From NCBI GenBank assembly GCA_017303995.1, contig JAFLBE010000017.1, forward strand, positions 4,000 through 67,999: 64,000 bases of DNA. The letters run 5' to 3'. Below the pieces are notes generated by a model that worked only from the letters and a program-made list of their open reading frames with translations, had not been told where the DNA came from and ran no database searches. Below are positions 9,330 through 18,815 of the stretch, one piece after another (position 1 is the stretch's first letter; every line of letters starts with the position of its first letter). Source of the stretch: Bacteroidota bacterium (GTDB lineage Bacteria > Bacteroidota > JABWAT01). The position numbers were made by a program, and so were the translations under genes.

Positions 9330-10454
9330 ATGAAAATTGCCCAGGTTGTAAAAGCATTGCCATCCTCGTTTGGTGGCGGGATTCAAACTCATGCCTGGTC
9401 GCTGGCAATGGAATTGGTAAACTCAGGACATCAGGTAACTTTTATTACCTCATCCAGACTTGACCCTGGGCAACTTTACTCAATTTCTTCAGTAAGAATT
9501 CCACTTTTTATCTCGCAGAAAAGCCGGCTTTTGGCCTGGATTGGGGACATTATTTTTAATGTTTCTGCCTTTTTTGTTGTTTTGACACGGTCAGCCAGGT
9601 GGGATGTGATTCATACCCACGGCCGAAGTGGCTTATTCAATTCATTTCTGCCATTTTTCATCAGGAAAAAAGTCGTTACTTCTTTTCATAGCCTGACGTC
9701 TGATGAAATCAGGTTTTTATCCGATGTTCAGGTTCTTGAAAAGGTTATTCTAAACGCTTTCATTCTTCCTGCCGAAAAACGGTTAGTCAGAAAAGCGCTG
9801 CACCCCATTTCCGTCTCAAAATTTCTTTCTTCAGTCCTGCAAAAAGGAAAACCACGTTCAACGTTCAGCGTTATTCCGAATGGGATCGATTTAACCTCAT
9901 TTGGTTCGCCGGTTTCATCTTCACTGAACCAAAGATGGCTTTGTGTCGCCCGTCTTGAAGCGATTAAAGGTCTGGATTTGCTAATCAGAGCGTTGCCATT
10001 TTTTCCGGGTACAACCCTGACTTTGGCGGGTGACGGCCCAAAAAAGGAAGTGCTTAAAAAACTAGCTTTAGAAATCGGAGTGGCAGAACGGGTTTATTTT
10101 GCTGGACGGATTTCTTCCTCACAAATTGCTTCAATTTACCGTTCACATGGTTTATTTCTATTTCCAACCCGATATGAATCGCAGGGAATCGTGGTTCTTG
10201 AAGCTTGTCGGTTTGGGTTGCCGGTTATCGCTTCAAATATTCCCGCAATCAGCGAAGTGATTTTAAACGAAAGTAACGGATTGCTTTTTGAAATGGATAA
10301 TCTGCATGATCTGGTTGGAAAAATTAATCAATTTTATGAAGAGCCTGAAAGTAAAACCAATAAAAAAATTCTCAGTTTTCAGTCACACCTTGCCGTGAAC
10401 TACTCACTGGTCACCATGACCAGAAAGGTTCTCGAATGCTACCGGTCAATTTAA
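9330..10454 (+). CDS. Glycosyltransferase family 4 (GT-B)
   Basis: C-terminal E-X7-E region ESQGIVVLEACRFGLPVIASNIPAISEV. An N-terminal GT4-N-like domain is also present. Confidence 0.8.
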   Translation: MKIAQVVKALPSSFGGGIQTHAWSLAMELVNSGHQVTFITSSRLDPGQLYSISSVRIPLFISQKSRLLAWIGDIIFNVSAFFVVLTRSARWDVIHTHGRSGLFNSFLPFFIRKKVVTSFHSLTSDEIRFLSDVQVLEKVILNAFILPAEKRLVRKALHPISVSKFLSSVLQKGKPRSTFSVIPNGIDLTSFGSPVSSSLNQRWLCVARLEAIKGLDLLIRALPFFPGTTLTLAGDGPKKEVLKKLALEIGVAERVYFAGRISSSQIASIYRSHGLFLFPTRYESQGIVVLEACRFGLPVIASNIPAISEVILNESNGLLFEMDNLHDLVGKINQFYEEPESKTNKKILSFQSHLAVNYSLVTMTRKVLECYRSI

Positions 10455-11674
10455 AAAACCGGGTTGTTGCTTTTTCTCCTTCGCTGGAAATCCTTCTCAC
10501 CCGTGGAACCGGATTTTTATTATTCCTCTGGATTTCACTTCTTTTTCCCCTTTCGTCAATTGGTAAATGGGGACTAGTTTTAACGATTCTGAATCTGGTT
10601 GAAGTATTCGCACTGCAAATAACAACCCCATTTTTACAACGGGAAGTCTCGTTAAAAACTGAACAAAAATTTTGGCTTCCCGAATTTAAACTTGCTGGAT
10701 TACATCTTTCCTTTTTTCTGACTCCATTCGTCATTCTTCTTCTTTTAGCCGGAATTTCCACCCGTTTTGACTACCTGACAGAAAGGGATTCAGTTTTTAT
10801 TCTGACCGGATTCGTAATTCAATTCCTTCCGGTTTTTTTGTCTTCGGTTTGTTTTGCATCCAGACGATTTTTTTCGTTTCTGATGCTTAAAACAAGCGTG
10901 CCCGTTCTCCTGCTCATTTTTTCACTAACAGCAAACAGTCAGCAGGACTTACTTTCGCAATGGTCTGAATGGTACCTGATTGCCCATTTAATCAATTTAT
11001 TACTTTCAATTTTTGTTTTTTTCTTCAACTATAAAAATATCCGGTTTTTCCGGATTCGAATCCAACAGGTTTTTGCTTACAACTTCCCGGTTTCACTCTC
11101 CACTTTGATATCTGTTCTGATAAACAGGCTTGATATTCTTGTTTTTTCAATTTTTCTGCCTGCCTCTGCATTGGGCATTTATTATTCGGCTAGGCGATTT
11201 GTTCAGATTAATGAAGCCGGTCTCCAGGTCATTTCCCGGTTAAGTTATCATCCGATGGTAAAAGGGTTTGGCATCGGCCAGATAGCTGGAATCCTGGTTG
11301 TCGCTAAACTCTGGATAAAAAATTCACTGATCATCCAGATTCTCCTTTTCACACTCATTTTATTCCCACTTTTTTTCATCTATCCGAAAGAAAAGGATAT
11401 GCTTGTTCTGACCTATTTATTTCTTTCAGTTTCTATATTTATCAGGTGTTTTTCTCAGCAATATGGAATGGCTTTAGACCTTGCAGGCTTCCCGAAAGAC
11501 AACATGAAATACTTGATTTTTGGACTCATTATCCATCTTTTACTGTATATGTTTTGGGTAAGTATCGCCGGATATTGGGGTATCGTTACAACAGTTCCAA
11601 TTGCCTATCTGGCTGGGTTCTGGATGGTAAAAAAGAGGATAACCGTTTTATCTCAAGTTAATACAGGAATTTGA
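10436..11674 (+). CDS. Polytopic membrane protein, Wzx/MOP-flippase-like (polysaccharide biosynthesis protein family)
   Basis: About 12 predicted TM helices. A Wzx-like segment LINRLDILVFSIFLPASALGIYYSARRF is present. It overlaps the upstream GT4 by 19 nt, so the start may be an internal Met. Confidence 0.45.
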   Translation: MLPVNLKNRVVAFSPSLEILLTRGTGFLLFLWISLLFPLSSIGKWGLVLTILNLVEVFALQITTPFLQREVSLKTEQKFWLPEFKLAGLHLSFFLTPFVILLLLAGISTRFDYLTERDSVFILTGFVIQFLPVFLSSVCFASRRFFSFLMLKTSVPVLLLIFSLTANSQQDLLSQWSEWYLIAHLINLLLSIFVFFFNYKNIRFFRIRIQQVFAYNFPVSLSTLISVLINRLDILVFSIFLPASALGIYYSARRFVQINEAGLQVISRLSYHPMVKGFGIGQIAGILVVAKLWIKNSLIIQILLFTLILFPLFFIYPKEKDMLVLTYLFLSVSIFIRCFSQQYGMALDLAGFPKDNMKYLIFGLIIHLLLYMFWVSIAGYWGIVTTVPIAYLAGFWMVKKRITVLSQVNTGI

Positions 11675-11675
11675 A

Positions 11676-12905
11676 ATGATAGTTTTAACAGTTTTTTTCT
11701 GGTTGATAGGTATCTACTTATTCTTTTATTCCTTTTACTGGTTCCTCACCGTTTTACTTGGAAGTTTTTACCGTTACCACGATCCCAGACAGATTATTTC
11801 ACCCAAAGCAATTGAATATTTATTCATTCTACCTGCTTACAAACCCAACTCACTTTTTCTTAAGGTCATCGAATCAGTAAAAGTTGCGGCCGGTGAAAAC
11901 CGGATTCACCAGATCTTTTCCCTTTTACAGGAACCAACAGAAGATATGGTTAAACAGGTCGGTCAAGCAGGGATTCATGTAAGAAATAAATCCTTTTCAC
12001 ATTTCACTGGTAATCCTTATCACTATGCATTGGAATTCATTATCTCTGAAATAGAAAGTGGAATAAAAGAAGGTAAATGGAATCCGACTCACATTGTTCT
12101 TTTAGATAAGGATAATGTGCTTTCATCTGATTTTATGGATAAAATTGAACCCGGTGTGTTGGGTGGATATGATTTAGTTCAGGGGAAACGACTTCCATTC
12201 ACAACTTACAATGCAGCACAATCTTTCGATACAATTGCAGAATCATTAAATGACATCCAATTCAGGGCAGCAAAATCCTGTGCAGGACTTGGTCTTGAAG
12301 TCAGTGGCTCTGGTTTGGTTATGAAATATGAGTTGTTCAGATCGGCAATTCTATCCCTGGATAAACGTTCACCCGGAATGGATAAAAACCTCATGGTTAA
12401 TCTCCATAAAATGGGATTTTCTTCACTTTATGTTCCTACTGCAACACTTTTTGAAGAAAAAACAGATGACATGGAAATCATGCAGGCTCAAAGAACCCGG
12501 TGGTTGGGCGAGCAGTATTACAATGGGATGAATTACGGACCTGAGCTGATCTGGATTGGCTTGAAAGAGTTTCGGTTGTCACCCATCGATTTTGCTGTTT
12601 CAATTTTAAGACCGCCAAGAAGTGTTCACGTTTTACTGATGCCGGTTTTAGCTCTTGCTGAAATGACAGATTATATAGTGGGAAACAGCATTTTTCCAAC
12701 CGTGCCTTTTTTCACATTGGGTACAATTCTCCTTTTTCTTTCTGTTGTCATTTTTGCCCTTGCAACCCATTCAGTCCACCATTTACTACGCATTATTTTC
12801 AAATTACCTCTTTTTGCAATCAAAAATGTCAGTGCTTCTTTCAGTGGCGTTTCAAAGAAAAACCGCGGAAAGTTTATACATACTGAACGAAAAGTAGGCG
12901 AATAA
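11676..12905 (+). CDS. Membrane-embedded processive GT2 glycosyltransferase (synthase-like, QxxRW)
   Basis: N- and C-terminal TM helices flank a cytoplasmic GT-A domain with LLDKDN (a DxD-like motif) and QAQRTRW. The Q-x-x-R-W motif is typical of cellulose, chitin and hyaluronan synthase-like GT2 enzymes. Confidence 0.6.
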   Translation: MIVLTVFFWLIGIYLFFYSFYWFLTVLLGSFYRYHDPRQIISPKAIEYLFILPAYKPNSLFLKVIESVKVAAGENRIHQIFSLLQEPTEDMVKQVGQAGIHVRNKSFSHFTGNPYHYALEFIISEIESGIKEGKWNPTHIVLLDKDNVLSSDFMDKIEPGVLGGYDLVQGKRLPFTTYNAAQSFDTIAESLNDIQFRAAKSCAGLGLEVSGSGLVMKYELFRSAILSLDKRSPGMDKNLMVNLHKMGFSSLYVPTATLFEEKTDDMEIMQAQRTRWLGEQYYNGMNYGPELIWIGLKEFRLSPIDFAVSILRPPRSVHVLLMPVLALAEMTDYIVGNSIFPTVPFFTLGTILLFLSVVIFALATHSVHHLLRIIFKLPLFAIKNVSASFSGVSKKNRGKFIHTERKVGE

Positions 12906-12907
12906 AA

Positions 12908-13396
12908 ATGAACGTCATCCGCAAGCCAAATGCTTTGAATGCTTATTCTGAAGGATTTCAAACCAGTTGGTTTTCAGATTTTCTTTTTGATCTTTTTATC
13001 AGAAACCGGATGAATTCGGTTTGGGGATGGCTTTTACTTTCCGGAATCATGATTGCCGTTTCTGCAGGAGTTGCCATTATTGGTCCGATGCTGGGGATTT
13101 TTATCATTGCACTTGTGATAGGAGGGCCTCTCGTTTTTTCAACTTTACTAAGTTTAAAAACCGGAGTGTATGTCATCATCAGTATTTCTTTTTCGATTGG
13201 CGTGGTCATCATGGCTTTTCCTTCGCTTCAGATTGGGCTGTTGGTTGACCTTCTTATTTTATTTATGTTTCTGGGTTTGGTTTACCGATCCTACAAATCA
13301 AAAGACTGGAGTTCATTCAAAACCCCTGTTAGCGTCGTCATTCTCATCTGGATCATTTATAACCTGCTTCAAATTGCGAATCCCGGTGCCGCTTAA
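12908..13396 (+). CDS. Small integral membrane protein (4 TM), unknown function
   Basis: Highly hydrophobic 162-aa ORF inside the operon with good codon-usage continuity. No recognisable motif. Confidence 0.4.
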   Translation: MNVIRKPNALNAYSEGFQTSWFSDFLFDLFIRNRMNSVWGWLLLSGIMIAVSAGVAIIGPMLGIFIIALVIGGPLVFSTLLSLKTGVYVIISISFSIGVVIMAFPSLQIGLLVDLLILFMFLGLVYRSYKSKDWSSFKTPVSVVILIWIIYNLLQIANPGAA

Positions 13397-13414
13397 CGAA
13401 TTGCCTGGTTTTAT

Positions 13415-14446
13415 GTGGTCAGACCCGCCGTCGGTTATATTTTGCTTTTTTTTATGACGTATGCTTTTATCCGCACAAAAAAAGAAATCAAAAACCTGCT
13501 GACTTTCATCACCATTTTACTTCTGATCACTTCAGTTTGGGGAATTCTGCAATTCTTCAACGGGTATCTTTCTTTCGAAATGGCCTATGTCATGGCCAAT
13601 GATGCCGTTCATCTAGTTTACATTAATGGTCGCTGGCGATCATTTGGCACTATGATTTCACCCGCCCAATATGGGATCGTTGTTGCCTACCTGATGGTCT
13701 TGGTTTTTATTTTGGCTTCACGGAAAATGAGTTTCTTTTTGAAAATGATTTATCTGGGGGCGGGCTTTGCTGCACTTTTTGCCATGGTTTACTCGGGCAC
13801 ACGATCTGCTTACGTTGTGGTTCCGCTTGCGCTTATAACTTTGGTTATACTCGGGAAAAATCTGAAGCTTTATTTTATCGGTGCCGGTTTTGGCGTTCTG
13901 TTTTTGGTTTTAATCGTCACACCTTCAAATAACTATCAGATTCAGCGAATTCAGTCAGCTTTTAACGGTGAGCATGATGAATCGTACATGGTAAGAAAGA
14001 GAAATCAGGAAATGATACGGCCGTGGATTCTTGCACATCCTTTGGGTGGCGGATTGGGTTCAACCGGTGTTTGGGGTCAAAAATTTTCACCGGGTACTTT
14101 TCTGGCTAAGTTTCCACCCGATTCCGGTTATGTGCGTGTTGCAGTTGAACTGGGATGGATCGGACTGATCATTTATCTGATCATGATCGGTAAAATTATG
14201 ATTTCGGGCATTTTTGCCTATTGGAAAATGACTGATCCGGAACTGAAAAAAATTGTCCTTGCCATTCTCTCAATGCTTGCAGCAATAAGTGTTGTTGAAT
14301 ATGCACAGGAAGTCATTAATAAACTCCCGACGAATATGTTATTCTGGATTTTCCTTGGGATACTTTTCAAATCCATTCAGATTGAAAAAGCTGAACAGCA
14401 AACTCAACTATTAACTGCTGAATTTGGAAAGGTTGAGTCAAAATGA
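13415..14446 (+). CDS. O-antigen ligase/polymerase family (Wzy-like) membrane protein
   Basis: About 10 TM helices. A periplasmic loop with conserved Arg (YSGTRSAYVV) is typical of the Wzy_C/O-antigen ligase domain. It sits in a glycosyltransferase cluster. Confidence 0.5.
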   Translation: MVRPAVGYILLFFMTYAFIRTKKEIKNLLTFITILLLITSVWGILQFFNGYLSFEMAYVMANDAVHLVYINGRWRSFGTMISPAQYGIVVAYLMVLVFILASRKMSFFLKMIYLGAGFAALFAMVYSGTRSAYVVVPLALITLVILGKNLKLYFIGAGFGVLFLVLIVTPSNNYQIQRIQSAFNGEHDESYMVRKRNQEMIRPWILAHPLGGGLGSTGVWGQKFSPGTFLAKFPPDSGYVRVAVELGWIGLIIYLIMIGKIMISGIFAYWKMTDPELKKIVLAILSMLAAISVVEYAQEVINKLPTNMLFWIFLGILFKSIQIEKAEQQTQLLTAEFGKVESK

Positions 14447-15528
14447 AAATAACCATGGTATCCTGTCAGCATTTTACGTCAGGAATTGGTCATTACGGAG
14501 TTGAACTCGCTTCGGAAATCAGAAAAACACAACCTGACCTTGAACTTTTCAAACTTTCGAAACCGGGTCATGAAGATGATTCCTGGTTCTCGAATTCCTG
14601 GATCCGTCCAATTCGGTACCGGTCATTAAGAAACCTGCATCCGTATGTTCTTCCCATTTATATCCGGAAGGCCCTTGTCGGAACCCACTCTGATATTTAC
14701 CATGCGCATTGGTTTCAATCAGGACTTGCGCTGACTCTAGGATATTCGAAAAAAACAGTGATAACCATGCACGACGTGTCTCTTCTTCATGTGAAGGAGG
14801 GAAGTTCGTTATTTGCCGATTATTATTCCTGGAGCATTAACCGGTTTAAAAAGCTGGGGATTCCACTGATTGTTGTTTCAGAAGCAGCCAAACAGGATAC
14901 AATCGAATATGCCGGATATCCTGAAAAACTGGTTTTCCCAATCCATAACGGAATCAATTTCAACCAGTTTTATCCTGCCAAAAACAAAATAAATAAATCA
15001 ACTTTTACTCTGATTTACACCGGTGGACTTGGGCAACGGAAGAATGTGAAAAAACTTCTCGATGTAATGAAAGTGCTTGAAAACAAGTATGATTTTATTG
15101 AAATGAAACTTGCCGGTTCGCATCCTGAACGAACGCCATTTCCCAGCTATGCAGCCCAATTGGGGTTGAAACGTACTTCCTTCACCGGGTTTATCCCCGA
15201 TGATCAGCTGACCACCTTTTATCAGAATGGTGATTTATTGATTTATCCATCAGAATATGAAGGATTTGGGTTTGCACCGCTTGAAGCAATGGCTTGTGGT
15301 ATTCCGGTAATTTCGGGAACGGGTGGCGCTTTGAAAGAAACTGCCGGCTCAGGTGCCTGGCTTTCAGGACTTGAAACAGAAGAGCTTGCAGAAAAAGCAA
15401 TTAAAATCATCGAAGATTCCCAATTCAGAAATGACCTGATTAAAAAGGGAAGTGACTGGGTAAAACAATTTACCTGGGAAAAATCTGCAGAAAAAACCCT
15501 TGACGTTTTTCAGAAAGAAAGATCATGA
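14443..15528 (+). CDS. Glycosyltransferase family 4
   Basis: EYEGFGFAPLEAMACGIPVISG (E-X7-E). 4-nt start/stop overlap with neighbours. Confidence 0.8.
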   Translation: MKITMVSCQHFTSGIGHYGVELASEIRKTQPDLELFKLSKPGHEDDSWFSNSWIRPIRYRSLRNLHPYVLPIYIRKALVGTHSDIYHAHWFQSGLALTLGYSKKTVITMHDVSLLHVKEGSSLFADYYSWSINRFKKLGIPLIVVSEAAKQDTIEYAGYPEKLVFPIHNGINFNQFYPAKNKINKSTFTLIYTGGLGQRKNVKKLLDVMKVLENKYDFIEMKLAGSHPERTPFPSYAAQLGLKRTSFTGFIPDDQLTTFYQNGDLLIYPSEYEGFGFAPLEAMACGIPVISGTGGALKETAGSGAWLSGLETEELAEKAIKIIEDSQFRNDLIKKGSDWVKQFTWEKSAEKTLDVFQKERS

Positions 15529-16595
15529 AAATTGTGATTGCCTCTTGTGCGGTTGCCGATTGTGGTATTGGCCGTTACGATGAAGAATTGACAAAAGCCC
15601 TTCACGCATCAGGTGAAGACGTTACACTTTACCGAAAAACACCGGGCACAGTTCCTTACATAAAATCCTATCCGTACCGCAGTTTCAGAGAACTTCGCCA
15701 TTACGTTGCACCCTATTATTTATCAAAAGGCATCAGTCATGAAAATCCTGACATCTTTCTTGCCGATTATGTTGACGCCGGTTTTGCAATTGGACTATCC
15801 GGAAAAAAACCAAAAGCAATTGTTACAACTGCACACGATGCCATTCCTTTTATTTATAAGCAAAAGCCTGTTGATTTCTGGTTTTACAAATTTCAGTTGG
15901 CAAAAACGCTGAAAATCAGTGATTCCATTGTGGTCGTTTCACAGAAATCAAAAGATGATTTTGTGTTTTACACAGGCTGCTCACCCGAACGGGTTCAGGT
16001 GATTTATAACGGAATAAATCACAAGTTTTTTTATCCTGATCTGGTTAGAAAACCGAACTCCATTTTTACAATCAGATATGTTGGCGGACTTTCAAAACAC
16101 AAAAATGTTGAAGTGATCATCAGGACTGCAAAAATTCTTCAGGATCGAAATATACCGGTAAAGTTTGAACTGGGTGGCGGATATCCGCAAAGTACGCCCT
16201 TACCTGCTTTGGCAACCGAACTTGGGCTCAGAAATGTTGAATTCAAAGGGTTCATTCCTGACTCAGAGCTTCGTTCGTTTTTGGCTGGTGCAGATTTATT
16301 TGTTTATCCGAGTTTGTATGAAGGATTTGGTTTTCCGCCGTTGGAAGCAATGGCTTGCGGAACTCCGGTTATCGCATCAGGAAAAGGAAGTCTTACTGAA
16401 GTTTTGAGAAATGGTGCAGTTACGCTTGATCCCGTTCCTGAGGCATTTGCAGATGCCATTGAAAAAATTGCAGACGATACGGTGAAATGGAATTTGCTCA
16501 GAGCCAACGGCCTATTGGTTGCCAACTCCTATTCCTGGGGAAAAGCTGCCAGTGAAACCCTGGGCTTGTTTCAATCCTTAACGGGAGTGAGATAA
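15525..16595 (+). CDS. Glycosyltransferase family 4 (tandem paralog of the previous gene)
   Basis: YEGFGFPPLEAMACGTPVIAS. The N-terminus MKIVIASCAVADCGIGRY parallels MKITMVSCQHFTSGIGHY of the upstream gene. Confidence 0.8.
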   Translation: MKIVIASCAVADCGIGRYDEELTKALHASGEDVTLYRKTPGTVPYIKSYPYRSFRELRHYVAPYYLSKGISHENPDIFLADYVDAGFAIGLSGKKPKAIVTTAHDAIPFIYKQKPVDFWFYKFQLAKTLKISDSIVVVSQKSKDDFVFYTGCSPERVQVIYNGINHKFFYPDLVRKPNSIFTIRYVGGLSKHKNVEVIIRTAKILQDRNIPVKFELGGGYPQSTPLPALATELGLRNVEFKGFIPDSELRSFLAGADLFVYPSLYEGFGFPPLEAMACGTPVIASGKGSLTEVLRNGAVTLDPVPEAFADAIEKIADDTVKWNLLRANGLLVANSYSWGKAASETLGLFQSLTGVR

Positions 16596-16599
16596 TTTT

Positions 16600-17910
16600 A
16601 TGTACGGATACCGCAAAATACTTTGGTCACTGGTAAACAACAGTCTTGAAATTCTGATCGGGATGACCACCATTATTCTGGTTACGCGTCTTTATTCCAA
16701 AGAAGAAGTGGGTGCCTGGACGGTATTTATGACAGTATTTTTCTTTGTCACCAAGCTAAAAGAAGGTGTTATCCAGACTGCTCTGATCAAGTTTTCATCC
16801 GGACTTGCTGATGCCGGATATTGGAAAACCCTGAAAGTTAGCTTTATAACCAATCTGATTTTGGAAGCAATTATTTCTATAATTCTGGTTTTTATTGGCT
16901 GGATTAATGTTTTCCCGTCATTATCCATTCTTTTTCTCCTTTACCCGGTTTATTCAATTCCCTGGTCGTTTTACCGGTGGCAATTATTCGTACATCAGTC
17001 CGGTTTGAAGGTTGAACTCATTTTCAGAACCAATCTGATGATGCTTGTCATTCTTGGTGTCGGATTCTCAGGAATTATCACCTATCAGCTTCCTATTGAA
17101 TATCTGGTTATTTCACTGGGTGCCGGAAGTCTTTCCGCAGCTTTTATCGGGTTTTTATTTATCGGAGTGAAACCCCTCTGGTCAGCCTCAATTGAACGTC
17201 ATTTATTTACAGAGCTGATTTCATTTGGCAAGTTCGGCATGCTAAGAGAAATGACCGGTACTCTTTCCTCTAGAATAAATGTGTTCTTAACGGCCGGATT
17301 TTTATCACTTGCAGAAACCGGACTTTTAGGGATTGCCCAACGATATACCCAATTGGTAAGTCTTCCGAACACGTCCATTCAGACGCTGATGTTTCCAAAA
17401 GCCTGCGAATTGGTGAATCAGGGGAGACGCAGTGAATTGAAGCCGCTTTTTGAATCAACGGTTGCCATGTTGCTGGCAATGCTTTTACCGGCATTCCTTT
17501 TTCTTGCAGCAAGTTCGTGGGGAATCATTTGGCTGCTAAACGGAAGTCAGTATGTACAGGCAGCACCTCTCATGATTGTCATGGTTTTTACTGTTGCCAT
17601 TTTTGCTCCTTTTGGAAATGCTTTTGGTTCAGTTATGAATGCAGCTGGTCTTCCGCAAATGAATATGAAGGTTGTCCTTGTGAATTCTGTGATCAATATT
17701 ATCCTTTCATTTAGTTTGGTCCTTACCATCGGTTTGGCAGCTGCTGTAATTGCACCTCTCATCACCGAAATTTCAGGATTTTTCTGGATTAGAAAAATCC
17801 TGAAAAAGGAATTCAATATTTCCTTTTCAAATTGCTTTAAACTGATACCCGAAAGTTATTCGGGGTTGTATGCCGTTGTGATGCTAAAAGTGGGGAGGGT
17901 ACACTCATGA
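16600..17910 (+). CDS. Wzx-like polysaccharide flippase (MOP superfamily)
   Basis: About 12 to 14 TM helices with the typical length. Wzx-like segment SSRINVFLTAGFLSLAETGLLGIAQRY. Confidence 0.55.
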   Translation: MYGYRKILWSLVNNSLEILIGMTTIILVTRLYSKEEVGAWTVFMTVFFFVTKLKEGVIQTALIKFSSGLADAGYWKTLKVSFITNLILEAIISIILVFIGWINVFPSLSILFLLYPVYSIPWSFYRWQLFVHQSGLKVELIFRTNLMMLVILGVGFSGIITYQLPIEYLVISLGAGSLSAAFIGFLFIGVKPLWSASIERHLFTELISFGKFGMLREMTGTLSSRINVFLTAGFLSLAETGLLGIAQRYTQLVSLPNTSIQTLMFPKACELVNQGRRSELKPLFESTVAMLLAMLLPAFLFLAASSWGIIWLLNGSQYVQAAPLMIVMVFTVAIFAPFGNAFGSVMNAAGLPQMNMKVVLVNSVINIILSFSLVLTIGLAAAVIAPLITEISGFFWIRKILKKEFNISFSNCFKLIPESYSGLYAVVMLKVGRVHS

Positions 17911-18815
17911 TTCCCGGAATATCTGTCGTTATTCCTACATTTAACCGGAAACATTTACTTGAGGAAGGGTTGCCGGCAATTCTCTCACAAACCATTCTGT
18001 CTGCCCTTTACGAAGTCATTGTTGTTTCAGACGGATCAACTGACGGAACTGCCGGATATATTACTTTGCTTCAGAAAACACATTCCAATCTGAAATTTAT
18101 CCAGCAGGAAAATTCAGGTCCTGCAGCTGCAAGAAACCGTGGCGCCTCTGAAGCAAAAGCTGAAATTTTAGCGTTTACTGATGATGATTGCATTCCAGCG
18201 TCAAACTGGCTTGAATCAATTCTCAAGGTTTTTAGTGAAAAGAAAATTATTGGAATCCAGGGCCGGACTTCAACCTACCGTAAGTTAAGAACACCGTTAA
18301 CTCAGCAGATTGACAATGAAAACGGACATCCGGCAATCCCAACCTGTAATGCAGCTTTTCTTACAGCTGCCTTCCGCCAAATCGGAGGGTTCGACATCAC
18401 ATTTCCATTTGCGCACAATGAAGATGCAGACTTTGCCTGGCGTCTTGAGAAAATAGGCGAAACTTCCTTCGAAAAATCGGTTCATGTGATTCATCCGCCC
18501 AGAAAAGATTCATTTCTGAAAATTATCAACCGCAGCAAAATGCTGGAAAGTGAATTTCTTCTTTTTTACAAAGATCCACAGGCTTATAAAACTCACCGGA
18601 ATTCGTCACCATGGAAAACAATTTACTTTGAAGTCTTCTTTTTGCACCAGATCCGTCATTTAAAAAGTCATGTCGGTTACTTCTTTAAACCCCATTTAAT
18701 GGTTACAGGATTGCTGATCGATTTGTGTGTTTGGGTTAATCTGATTCTGTTTTTCCCCCGGTTTATTCGTGCTGATAAAAAATACCGGACCCAATTTGAA
18801 GGGAGTTCATTATGA
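17907..18815 (+). CDS. Glycosyltransferase family 2
   Basis: SVVIPTFNR start of the GT-A fold, with a DXD at AFTDDDCIP. Confidence 0.75.
   Translation: MIPGISVVIPTFNRKHLLEEGLPAILSQTILSALYEVIVVSDGSTDGTAGYITLLQKTHSNLKFIQQENSGPAAARNRGASEAKAEILAFTDDDCIPASNWLESILKVFSEKKIIGIQGRTSTYRKLRTPLTQQIDNENGHPAIPTCNAAFLTAAFRQIGGFDITFPFAHNEDADFAWRLEKIGETSFEKSVHVIHPPRKDSFLKIINRSKMLESEFLLFYKDPQAYKTHRNSSPWKTIYFEVFFLHQIRHLKSHVGYFFKPHLMVTGLLIDLCVWVNLILFFPRFIRADKKYRTQFEGSSL

Noticed and set aside
11446-11661. Nested same-strand ORF and several other 60-120-aa ORFs inside larger genes (e.g. 4227-4520, 5220-5459, 16304-16525, 17547-17816, 43304-43543)
   Set aside because: All are embedded in longer, motif-supported CDSs in other frames and lack start signals. 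Treated as overprinting artefacts of the six-frame track.
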